Shown here one piece after another: positions 36,442-43,646 of a stretch of 55,070 bases of DNA. Origin of the DNA: a virus (taxonomy: Duplodnaviria; Heunggongvirae; Uroviricota; Caudoviricetes); IMG/VR virus record IMGVR_UViG_3300047444_000299, positions 128,001 through 183,070 of that record; one strand, written 5' to 3'. The first letter of the stretch is position 1. Each line of letters starts with the position of its first letter. Both the position numbers and the translations under genes were made by a program. The notes below the pieces were generated by a model. That model saw only the letters and a list, made by a program, of their open reading frames with translations. It had not been told where the DNA came from and made no database searches.

Positions 36442-36785
36442 TCCTCAGTCACAGAGATATCCCAGAACGGTTTTACGAAGCCGCTCTGATGCACTTCGGA
36501 GTTGATAAGATTTGGTGGAGCAAGCTGAATAAGCCGTTCTTTCAAAATCGAAAGCCCCTTGAGTGGAAGTTTGGATCTTTACGGATGTTGTATCACAAAC
36601 ATCGTGGTTGCTGTTATGCAGTCAAGGTTGTGGTTGATATGCCGGACATGGAACAACTCGCAAGAGAAATTCTGTCGGTCCAACCGATGAATCCAGACTT
36701 GATTAAGAATCTACTGAATGATCCATTAGCTAATACGTTGATGAATCGTTTTGTAATGAGACACAGTTTTAAATCGCCGGAATAG
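36438..36785 (+). CDS. Hypothetical protein
   Basis: ATGA overlap; stop overlaps tRNA-Thr. Confidence 0.55.
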   Translation: MILSHRDIPERFYEAALMHFGVDKIWWSKLNKPFFQNRKPLEWKFGSLRMLYHKHRGCCYAVKVVVDMPDMEQLAREILSVQPMNPDLIKNLLNDPLANTLMNRFVMRHSFKSPE

Positions 36786-36851
36786 CTCCAATGGTAGAGC
36801 GCCTGTTTTGTAATCAGGATGTTGCGGGTTCGAGTCCTGTTTCCGGCACCA
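36776..36851 (+). tRNA. tRNA-Thr (TGT)
   Basis: GCCGGAA/TTCCGGC, loop TTTGTAA, ACCA. Confidence 0.9.
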
Positions 36852-36853
36852 AT

Positions 36854-37307
36854 TTTGAGTCTCCATGACTTTCCATAAAGGAAAGATGGCAGGCGAGTTG
36901 TAACGAGAGTGATCATACCGCCCAATTGGTCTGTGACGAATTTGGTATTTGATCCATACCGAGTCAACGAGACTCAAACAAAATTTATCCGGGCTTCGGC
37001 CCAAGCGAGCGGTTAAGCCAATTTATTGGTCATGGCGTCGGAAGTCGTATGGGGATAATAACCCGGCAAAGACCATACGGGATAGATCAAATTTGAACAA
37101 TGCACAGACTGATGTGCTGCAAGGGTGAAGACAGTAGAAGCCCTGTAGATGTGTGGGTTTTCTGTCGCATCACACAAAGCCGGGATCAGTACCGGTGTTC
37201 AAAACCAATTTGAATCGAAGGCGAAAGCCCTAAAATCAGCTAGCCGGTAAAGCCCTGTAAGATTGGGTGTCCGAAAGGATGTTGCGTAACTGACCCGGTG
37301 ATTCAAA
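36854..37307 (+). ncRNA. Run of four back-to-back structured RNAs
   Basis: Closing helices TTTGAGTCTC/GAGACTCAAA, TATCC/GGATA, TTTGAAC/GTTCAAA-ACCA, TTTGAATC/GATTCAAA. Confidence 0.5.
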
Positions 37308-37325
37308 CTAACTTGTGAGTATTTG

Positions 37326-37667
37326 ATGAATTCATACCAGCAACAACAAGCGATAGCTAAGGCCAAGCAGTATCAGGTTGATTTGGGTAAAGACATTCAA
37401 ATCGGGAATTTGGTTCGGGTAACTTCCGGGTACAAATCCAGCGACGGTATCTGTAAGGTCGTGAAGGTTACTGACAACCCAAAGCATAATACTCTGACTT
37501 TTGAAGTTAGACGGGTGATGAAGCCTAACGATTTGATCGTTAAGAATTCAAAGACCACTTATGCGGTATCCGCTCAAAATGCTGAAAAGGTTGATCCTGA
37601 AAGTCTGTTCCAGAAAGCTTTGGAACATGCCGAAAATATCCGTGCCCACCTGTTAACACTGGTATAA
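37326..37667 (+). CDS. Hypothetical protein (SH3/KOW-like, paralog A)
   Basis: IQIGNLV...FEVRRVMK. Confidence 0.65.
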   Translation: MNSYQQQQAIAKAKQYQVDLGKDIQIGNLVRVTSGYKSSDGICKVVKVTDNPKHNTLTFEVRRVMKPNDLIVKNSKTTYAVSAQNAEKVDPESLFQKALEHAENIRAHLLTLV

Positions 37668-37671
37668 ATAG

Positions 37672-37959
37672 ATGATACAGATTGGAAACGTTGTTTACTG
37701 TAACCATCACTGGAATGATCGAGAAGGTTATTTTGTTGTAGAAGCCGCTGGCTCAAGGGCGGGTACGTTTACATGCCGTCGAATCATGAAAGCTGATGGA
37801 ACTATCATCATGAAGTCGAAACTTCGGCCTACATTTGATGTAAAAGATGTGGTGTTGATGACCCCAGATGCGATGCAAACCCGTTATGACAACAATGTCA
37901 AACGTGCGATTGCACAGGAACAAGCAGAATTAAATCACTTGCTATCCAATATCAAGTGA
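37672..37959 (+). CDS. Hypothetical protein (paralog B)
   Basis: IQIGNVV...FTCRRIMK. Confidence 0.65.
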   Translation: MIQIGNVVYCNHHWNDREGYFVVEAAGSRAGTFTCRRIMKADGTIIMKSKLRPTFDVKDVVLMTPDAMQTRYDNNVKRAIAQEQAELNHLLSNIK

Positions 37960-38019
37960 TACAGAACACAGCCACTCCCCAGTGTCGTGTCGTAGGGATT
38001 ATCTAACCCTACAAAATTT

Positions 38020-38172
38020 AGGATGGAATACAGCAAAACCTCAAAAATACTGATCGCCGTTTAGGCTCCAGTTGTACCGATTAGGCGGAATCCTAAACCG
38101 AACAGTGGGTAATAACTGTGTGAGTATCGAAAATTGACCTCCGATACAAAAGTTAAAGGGTGCCATCCTGTC
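38020..38172 (+). ncRNA. ACAGCA-family RNA copy 4 (multi-hairpin cargo)
   Basis: AGGATGG-AAT-ACAGCAA...CCATCCT-GTC. Confidence 0.68.
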
Positions 38173-38178
38173 TAATTT

Positions 38179-38254
38179 CTTTCCGTAGTGTTCAACGGTA
38201 GCACGTTTCGTTTGGGACGATATAGAGTCAGTTCGAATCTGACCGGGAAGACCA
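38179..38254 (+). tRNA. tRNA-Pro (TGG)
   Basis: CTTTCCG/CGGGAAG, loop TTTGGGA, ACCA. Confidence 0.82.
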
Positions 38255-38267
38255 AATTTTGATACAA

Positions 38268-38341
38268 CCCGCTATAGCATAATGGTAATGCAATCGGCTG
38301 ATAACCGATAGATCGAAGTTCAATTCTTCATAGTGGGACCA
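38268..38341 (+). tRNA. tRNA-Ile (GAT)
   Basis: ATCGG-CTGATAA-CCGAT, ACCA. Confidence 0.87.
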
Positions 38342-38397
38342 AAGATCGCGCTTCATCCCCTGACATCGACTGGTTCTTTGTTACGTTGGAGCCTTCT

Positions 38398-38472
38398 GGT
38401 TCTATAGGCTAGTTGGAAAACCAAGTCCCTCATAAGGACAGATCCCCGGTTCAAAGCCGGGTAGAACCACCA
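38398..38472 (+). tRNA. tRNA-Met/Ile2 (CAT)
   Basis: GGTTCTA/TAGAACC, loop CTCATAA, ACCA. Confidence 0.8.
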
Positions 38473-38473
38473 C

Positions 38474-38548
38474 GGGGCTATGGTAAAGTTGGAAATACGT
38501 CAGCCTTGCACGTTGAAGACCCGAGTTCGAATCTCGGTAGCTCCACCA
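38474..38548 (+). tRNA. tRNA-Ala (TGC)
   Basis: G3:U70 pair, loop CTTGCAC, ACCA. Confidence 0.9.
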
Positions 38549-38565
38549 AATATATGTTTCAAATG

Positions 38566-38596
38566 TGTTTAGATTGTGTTTCAAACATGGTAAAAT
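38566..38596 (+). promoter_or_regulatory. Early-type promoter
   Basis: TGTTTAG-N18-TAAAAT. Confidence 0.7.
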
Positions 38597-38616
38597 AAAC
38601 ACATGTACAACGGTTT

Positions 38617-38689
38617 TAGATGCTAACAGCAAACACATTAAATTGATCTGGGGATACCCCTGAATAATTAAAGAATGATGCATCTAGCT
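38617..38689 (+). ncRNA. ACAGCA-family RNA copy 5 (short)
   Basis: TAGATGC-TA-ACAGCAA...GCATCTA-GCT. Confidence 0.72.
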
Positions 38690-38703
38690 AAAGATTTCAA
38701 AAT

Positions 38704-38788
38704 GCCCCTTTGGTGGAATTGGTAGACACGCCGGACTTAGAATCCGGTGCCGAAAGGCGTGAGAGTTCGAGTCTCTCAGGGGGCACCA
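38704..38788 (+). tRNA. tRNA-Leu (TAG)
   Basis: CCGGA-CTTAGAA-TCCGG, V arm, ACCA. Confidence 0.93.
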
Positions 38789-38798
38789 AAAACAGGAA

Positions 38799-38913
38799 CG
38801 GCTGCTAACAGCAACCAATATACTAAACTTTCCTTTGACGAAAACTATCTGGGTTCGATTCCCAGCAGAGAATCCTAACTCTGGTTTGGTAACTACAGTA
38901 TATGCAGCCAGCT
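38799..38913 (+). ncRNA. ACAGCA-family RNA copy 6 (permuted tRNA cargo)
   Basis: GGCTGC-TA-ACAGCAA...GCAGCC-AGCT; CTGGG-TTCGATT-CCCAG then CAGAG/CTCTG. Confidence 0.72.
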
Positions 38914-38915
38914 TT

Positions 38916-38991
38916 GCAGATATAGTTTAAATGGACAAAACACGCGGCTTTCAACCGCACGATCCGGGTTCGATCCCCGATATCTGCACCA
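38916..38991 (+). tRNA. tRNA-Glu (TTC)
   Basis: GCAGATA/TATCTGC, loop CTTTCAA, ACCA. Confidence 0.85.
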
Positions 38992-39266
38992 AACATATGT
39001 AGGTTTACCGCGCCCTTCCAGTGGCAATCAACTCTGCGGTTTTAGTAAACACTGGATCAAATTCTGCTTTGTGAATGGTCTTGTATTGATGACCTGATTA
39101 AGTTGCCAACGGATCGCTTCCTAAACGCTGGGATAAATTGGCCCGGACAGATAGATACAACGTGGTTCGACTCCGCGACATTGCTCCGAACAATGGGATG
39201 CCCTGATGCCGGGTTTAATAGTTCATGATAAGCCATGAAAACATCCCTCCAGTTTAGTGAATATCT

Positions 39267-39443
39267 ATGTCTACTGATATCAAACAACTTTCTGTTAAAG
39301 AAAATATTGCTTTGCAAATTTTCGTAGCTCGGTTATGTGCCCCAGAATCCAATAAATCGCCTGATGTGGCGGCTGGTATGGCGTTCGAATATGCTGAGGC
39401 ATTTTTGAAAGTTCGAAATTCATATCGACGTGGTGAGAAATAG
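39267..39443 (+). CDS. Hypothetical protein (58 aa)
   Basis: Manual: MSTDIKQLSVKENIALQIF...AFEYAEAFLKVR. Confidence 0.6.
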   Translation: MSTDIKQLSVKENIALQIFVARLCAPESNKSPDVAAGMAFEYAEAFLKVRNSYRRGEK

Positions 39444-39445
39444 TG

Positions 39446-39703
39446 ATGAAATGCGATTACTGTGACCATACCGGAATCCATCTGTGTGCTGGTCGAATCA
39501 AAGCGTACAACGATAGTTTTACCCCAGAACAACGCGAACAACAACAAGCTGAAAGATTGGACCTTCTACAAAAGGCCATCGAAGCCGGGAAATTGTTGAA
39601 AGAGAAATACGGAATTGAAATGGTTTGCTCTGTGAACCAAAATAAACTGGATTATCTCGAATCGACGTATATGTTAGATGCGGTTGAAAATCTGATCGAA
39701 TAA
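39446..39703 (+). CDS. Hypothetical protein
   Basis: MKCDYCDHTGIHLC N-terminal Zn motif. Confidence 0.6.
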   Translation: MKCDYCDHTGIHLCAGRIKAYNDSFTPEQREQQQAERLDLLQKAIEAGKLLKEKYGIEMVCSVNQNKLDYLESTYMLDAVENLIE

Positions 39704-39706
39704 CTT

Positions 39707-39792
39707 GGATACTGATCTGTCAAGGTGACAGCGGCGCTTGCTAAGCGTTTGGACTCTAACGGGTTTGGGATCGATACCTACTGTATCCGCCA
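39707..39792 (+). tRNA. tRNA-Ser (GCT)
   Basis: GGCGC-TTGCTAA-GCGTT, V arm, GCCA. Confidence 0.78.
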
Positions 39793-39816
39793 AAATTAAT
39801 TAAACAGGTAATTGTG

Positions 39817-40023
39817 ATGCCTACAGTTCAAGAACTGAGAGAACGCGCTAAACGTGAACAAGAGAAACGCCGTCGTCAATATTCGCCGTCGTCTCCAACA
39901 CCTTTCGCAACTGATGGATTCTTCGAATCGACTCAATATTACAACACACCCGATACTGGTTGTGGTGGAAATGACTCTGGTTCTACAAGCTCCGATTCAG
40001 GTTCGTGTAGTTTCGACTCATAA
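39817..40023 (+). CDS. Hypothetical protein with Ser/Gly/Asp-rich tail
   Basis: 68 aa ORF. Confidence 0.6.
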   Translation: MPTVQELRERAKREQEKRRRQYSPSSPTPFATDGFFESTQYYNTPDTGCGGNDSGSTSSDSGSCSFDS

Positions 40024-40304
40024 TGTTGTTTGATGTAAAAACTGTCAAGGTACAATGGCACAGAACGGGCATTGCCCATTTTGTCATGAAAGGTACTGTC
40101 AGTGACGCAAAATTTTCTGGGGATTTCCTAGTCCGAAAGGGTGCGAAAACTCCACTGGAAGTTAGGTTTACCAAAGCCGACCTTCTGGAAAAAGAATTGG
40201 ATGCCGAATATCGGTTTGCACTTGCCGGTGCAATTAAAAGCCATGCAAAGATTCTGATCAAGAAATACATTCAGGATATTCCTGATTACGTCAGAATCGA
40301 TTAA
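40023..40304 (+). CDS. Hypothetical protein
   Basis: 93 aa, TAATG coupling. Confidence 0.6.
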   Translation: MLFDVKTVKVQWHRTGIAHFVMKGTVSDAKFSGDFLVRKGAKTPLEVRFTKADLLEKELDAEYRFALAGAIKSHAKILIKKYIQDIPDYVRID

Positions 40305-40311
40305 AGCTTGT

Positions 40312-40385
40312 AGGGGTATGGTGAAATGGTATCACACCGGTCTTTGAAATCGGTATCACAGGATCGTTACCTGTTACCCCCGCCA
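40312..40385 (+). tRNA. tRNA-Gln (TTG)
   Basis: CCGGT-CTTTGAA-ATCGG, GCCA; T-loop ATCGTTA. Confidence 0.85.
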
Positions 40386-40389
40386 ATTT

Positions 40390-40448
40390 AGGTTACAAAC
40401 AGCAATCCAAACTTCTACTACGAACAGAAACCAAGATTGTAACCTGTT
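40390..40448 (+). ncRNA. ACAGCA-family RNA copy 7 (short)
   Basis: AGGTTACAA-ACAGCAA...TTGTAACCT-GTT. Confidence 0.72.
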
Positions 40449-40452
40449 AAAT

Positions 40453-40527
40453 GTTCCTGTAGCTCAAAGGGAGAGCGGTTGCCTTACACGCAACGGGTAG
40501 TCGGATCGTTACCGACCGGGAACACCA
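40453..40527 (+). tRNA. tRNA-Val (TAC)
   Basis: GTTGC-CTTACAC-GCAAC, ACCA; T-loop ATCGTTA. Confidence 0.87.
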
Positions 40528-40541
40528 AATTAGGATTATGC

Positions 40542-40742
40542 ATGTCGGTTAAAGATGATATCAATCGAATACTTGATGTATTCGGTGGTGCGGATGGTGG
40601 GGTTGAATTCGTTAAAATGAAATTCGGCCTCGAAGGTATTGAACAAAAGATGCTCGCTGACATCGATGATGAAGCGGCTAAACAATTGATTGATATCGTA
40701 CATAAGTTCCGTCGTCTGGTTGATGTGTTGTCCAAACGCTAA
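40542..40742 (+). CDS. Hypothetical protein
   Basis: AGGA RBS; MSVKDDINRIL. Confidence 0.6.
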   Translation: MSVKDDINRILDVFGGADGGVEFVKMKFGLEGIEQKMLADIDDEAAKQLIDIVHKFRRLVDVLSKR

Positions 40743-40746
40743 TTGT

Positions 40747-40821
40747 CGCGGGGTGGAGAAGTAGTATCTCACTGGTTTCATACGCCAGAGAACGTTGGTG
40801 CAAATCCAACCCCCGCTACCA
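40747..40821 (+). tRNA. Initiator tRNA-fMet (CAT)
   Basis: CGCGGGG with C1:U72 mismatch, loop TTCATAC, ACCA. Confidence 0.82.
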
Positions 40822-40839
40822 TCTAATGAGAAATTGATT

Positions 40840-41241
40840 ATGTCGCTTTACGATAAAGTGAAAACAATGAGACTTGATGCCCGTAAGGCCAAGAACACTG
40901 TTACCGCTACTGTACTGGGTGTGCTTCTGGGTGAACTGGACAAGGCGTCTGAGAAGGCCCGTAGCCAGTCGAAAGATTTCACGGATACCGATACCATTGG
41001 GTTCGTCAAGAAATTGATCCAATCCAATACCGATAGCCTTAAACACCGGGCGCAGCCGACGCTTATCGAAGAAAACGAAGTCCTTGAAACTCTGTTGCCA
41101 AAACAGCTTACCGAAGATCAGATTCGTTCAATCATCGCCACAAACGAACTATCCGGCGTTCCAGCCGTGATGCAATTTCTGGGTAGCAACTATCCGGGAC
41201 AGTTTGACCGGGCACTAGCCGCGTCTATCGCACGATCATAA
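40840..41241 (+). CDS. GatB/YqeY-domain protein
   Basis: ARKAK...LGVLLGEL...E.EVLETLLPKQLTEDQI...VMQFL. Confidence 0.8.
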   Translation: MSLYDKVKTMRLDARKAKNTVTATVLGVLLGELDKASEKARSQSKDFTDTDTIGFVKKLIQSNTDSLKHRAQPTLIEENEVLETLLPKQLTEDQIRSIIATNELSGVPAVMQFLGSNYPGQFDRALAASIARS

Positions 41242-41255
41242 TTAGATCATTCAAT

Positions 41256-41283
41256 AAAGGGAGCCATTCGGTTCCCTTTTTTA
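41256..41283 (+). terminator. Intrinsic terminator
   Basis: AAAGGGAGCC-ATTC-GGTTCCCTTTTTT. Confidence 0.78.
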
Positions 41284-41320
41284 TTGCCATAAATAAACAA
41301 TATAACCCAATAGTGAGACA

Positions 41321-42208
41321 ATGATGGTTGAATGGAAATCAAAGGCTATTGAACTGGCTAAACAGAACTATTCGTGGCGTAAAATTTCCGAAACCGTTGG
41401 ACAGCCAAAGTCAACAGTTTCTGATTTCCTACGCACAGAATTTGGTAAGCCTACTCAAATCGCCAATGCATCGTTTGCAGTTCGCAAGCTTGATGCTGCA
41501 ATGGAAAACAATGATCGCATTTTGATCATATCTGATATGCATATCCCGTATCAGCACCCGGACGCTCTAGAGTTCCTTGCATATCTGAAAAAGAAATACA
41601 AGCCTACCCGCGTAATTTGTACCGGTGATGAACTAGACAAACACGCCCTGAGCTTCCATGACCATGACCCGGACCTGATGTCTGCCGGTGATGAACTGAA
41701 AAAGAGTCAGGAAGTCATCGCCAAGTTGTATCAAATGTTCCCTAAGATGGACATCATTGAATCCAATCACGGTTCCTTGGTGTGGCGTAAGGCGAAGACC
41801 AACGGCATTCCTAAGCATTACATCAAATCCTATAACGAGGTTTTGGGTGTTGGGCCGAACTGGAAATGGTCGTTTGATCTAACCGTAAAACTCCCGAATG
41901 GGCAGCTTTGCTATTTCCATCACGGTAAAACCTCGCAAGTGGTTCAACTAAGCCAGCAGATGGGCATGAACGCGGTGCAGGGCCATTATCACAACTCATT
42001 CAGTGTTGGGTACTGGGGCAACGCTACCGGCCTTTACTGGGGCTTACAGGTGGGTTGTCTGGTCGATGATGATTCCCTAGCATTTAGTTACAACAACGTC
42101 AATATCCAGCGACCAATTATCGGCACTGGTTTAATCATCAATTCGATGCCGATTCTCGAACCGCTTGTGATGGATTCGGACGGGCGTTGGGTTGGTAGGG
42201 TAAAATAA
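41321..42208 (+). CDS. HTH-fused calcineurin-like metallophosphoesterase
   Basis: N-terminal SWRKISETVGQPKSTVSDFL HTH; SDMH, GDELD, SNHG, GHYH. Confidence 0.85.
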   Translation: MMVEWKSKAIELAKQNYSWRKISETVGQPKSTVSDFLRTEFGKPTQIANASFAVRKLDAAMENNDRILIISDMHIPYQHPDALEFLAYLKKKYKPTRVICTGDELDKHALSFHDHDPDLMSAGDELKKSQEVIAKLYQMFPKMDIIESNHGSLVWRKAKTNGIPKHYIKSYNEVLGVGPNWKWSFDLTVKLPNGQLCYFHHGKTSQVVQLSQQMGMNAVQGHYHNSFSVGYWGNATGLYWGLQVGCLVDDDSLAFSYNNVNIQRPIIGTGLIINSMPILEPLVMDSDGRWVGRVK

Positions 42209-42709
42209 TTGAATTTTATTGAAATGCTCCCCTTCCTAATCGAAGGGGTTCGCGGAACGTATGCTGGGGTTCGATTTGACCAGTACACGATCCGGGATCT
42301 GCGGCTTCTACAAGAAACCCTGATGATCCCAAATCCACTACCGGAACACAAATTCCATAGTACCCTTCTTTATAGTCGCGTACCGTTGCCAAATTATGTT
42401 CCGTTTGGCGAATACCCGGTAGCTCCTACGTCAAATACGAATTGTTTCGAATTGACTGTGTTCAAGACCCAGAGCGGTAAGAATGCTTTGGTCCTGAAAT
42501 ACGATTGCGACTTTCTATCAGCTCGACACAAGGATCTGATGGAAACCCACAACGGAACGTGGGATCACCCTAGCTACATTCCACATATCACCCTTTCCTA
42601 TGACATTGGCGACTTCCCGATCCAGCTTGGCCCGGTATCATTTTTGTCAGACCGCAAAATCGTGATAGAATCGGAATACTCAGAACCAATTGACGCAACA
42701 TGGGGCTAA
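42209..42709 (+). CDS. 57B: gp57B / Acb1-like 2H phosphoesterase (anti-CBASS nuclease family)
   Basis: GTYAG, HSTLLYSR and PHITLSYD 2H motifs. Confidence 0.85.
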   Translation: MNFIEMLPFLIEGVRGTYAGVRFDQYTIRDLRLLQETLMIPNPLPEHKFHSTLLYSRVPLPNYVPFGEYPVAPTSNTNCFELTVFKTQSGKNALVLKYDCDFLSARHKDLMETHNGTWDHPSYIPHITLSYDIGDFPIQLGPVSFLSDRKIVIESEYSEPIDATWG

Positions 42710-42711
42710 TC

Positions 42712-42882
42712 GTGACAGAACAAGATGAGAATTTGATACAACCTCTTGACGAGGAATTACTACCAAAGCCGGTGTATCAGCCACCCGAACCCTACCAATC
42801 CTCTAGCAGCAACTGGGATATTCTGGAAGCTGTGGCCGTTGGTTTCGAGGCTCTTGGGGATATTTTAGATATTTTTGACTGA
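42712..42882 (+). CDS. Small acidic hypothetical protein
   Basis: ORF after 57B. Confidence 0.45.
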   Translation: MTEQDENLIQPLDEELLPKPVYQPPEPYQSSSSNWDILEAVAVGFEALGDILDIFD

Positions 42883-42885
42883 TTG

Positions 42886-42916
42886 TGTTTAGGATCAGAT
42901 GAAAACGTGGTATATT
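42886..42916 (+). promoter_or_regulatory. Early-type promoter
   Basis: TGTTTAG-N18-TATATT. Confidence 0.68.
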
Positions 42917-42967
42917 TGTTTCAAGTCAACGGCAACTGCGACTTGAAACAAAGCAAAATGCTTAATC

Positions 42968-43042
42968 GTGGACCCGTACTGTCTGGATACAGTCTTCCGG
43001 TTGTGACCCGGTTGTCGGAGTTCGAATCTCCAGTTCACCCCA
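42968..43042 (+). tRNA. tRNA-His (GTG)
   Basis: CCGG-TTGTGAC-CCGG, C73 discriminator, CCA. Confidence 0.78.
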
Positions 43043-43057
43043 ATTTTAGGAATCGGT

Positions 43058-43288
43058 ATGATTACCCGGCAAAAGATGAATGCTGTTGCAGTTGAATCAG
43101 CATTGAGAAAGATTCAGTTCGAAAAGATTCTGAATCAGATCGAAGCCCGTGCGAAACTAGGTGAATTCTCACTGGTTGTCGGTATTGGTGATGATTTGAT
43201 TGAACGCCTTAAAGCCGAGCCTTATGGGTTTACTGTAACGGTCGATCATGAAAATCCGTCTGAGCCATCGGTAATTTACTGGAATTAA
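43058..43288 (+). CDS. Hypothetical protein
   Basis: AGGA RBS, 76 aa. Confidence 0.62.
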   Translation: MITRQKMNAVAVESALRKIQFEKILNQIEARAKLGEFSLVVGIGDDLIERLKAEPYGFTVTVDHENPSEPSVIYWN

Positions 43289-43296
43289 AAAGTTTC

Positions 43297-43357
43297 GCCG
43301 GAAATGCAGGTTCGATTCCTGCCCGAAAGGTCGTCTACTATGGCATAGGACACCGGC
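43297..43357 (+). ncRNA. Minimal circularly permuted tRNA elbow
   Basis: GCCGG / T arm GCAGG-TTCGATT-CCTGC / CC-GAAA-GG / D arm GTCT..GG..GGAC / CCGGC. Confidence 0.65.
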
Positions 43358-43366
43358 ACATGTTTT

Positions 43367-43502
43367 TGGATACTGACAGCAATCTATCAGCCTCAAGCCG
43401 CTAATACTGGTTCGATCCCAGTACCTGTGCCATCGTGTGCGGGTTCGTCTAATGGATAGGACAGCGGCCTCAACCCCCGGCGTGAATCGGGCGGTATCCA
43501 GT
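43367..43502 (+). ncRNA. ACAGCA-family RNA copy 8 (YrlA-like permuted tRNA cargo)
   Basis: TGGATACTG-ACAGCAA...CGGTATCCA-GT; order T arm, acceptor, D arm. Confidence 0.8.
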
Positions 43503-43505
43503 AAT

Positions 43506-43626
43506 GTCGATGTAGTGTAAGGCGCACGGCTCCCCTGAAGGAGACAGTTGGTCAACTCAATTTTCTGTACTGCTAGCGAGTACGTTCTGACGGTTGGTAA
43601 GGGTTCGATTCCCCATTTCGGCACCA
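43506..43626 (+). ncRNA. tRNA-like RNA with ~55-nt variable region
   Basis: GTCGA/TCGGC-ACCA, D arm, CTCC-CCTGAA-GGAG, T-loop TTCGATT. Confidence 0.55.
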
Positions 43627-43646
43627 AATTTTGATGTAAAGGTTTT

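Noticed and set aside
39195-39251. Hammerhead ribozyme (CTGATG...GAAA)
   Set aside because: Core reads CTGATGC rather than CTGANGA, and the required stems are not arranged correctly
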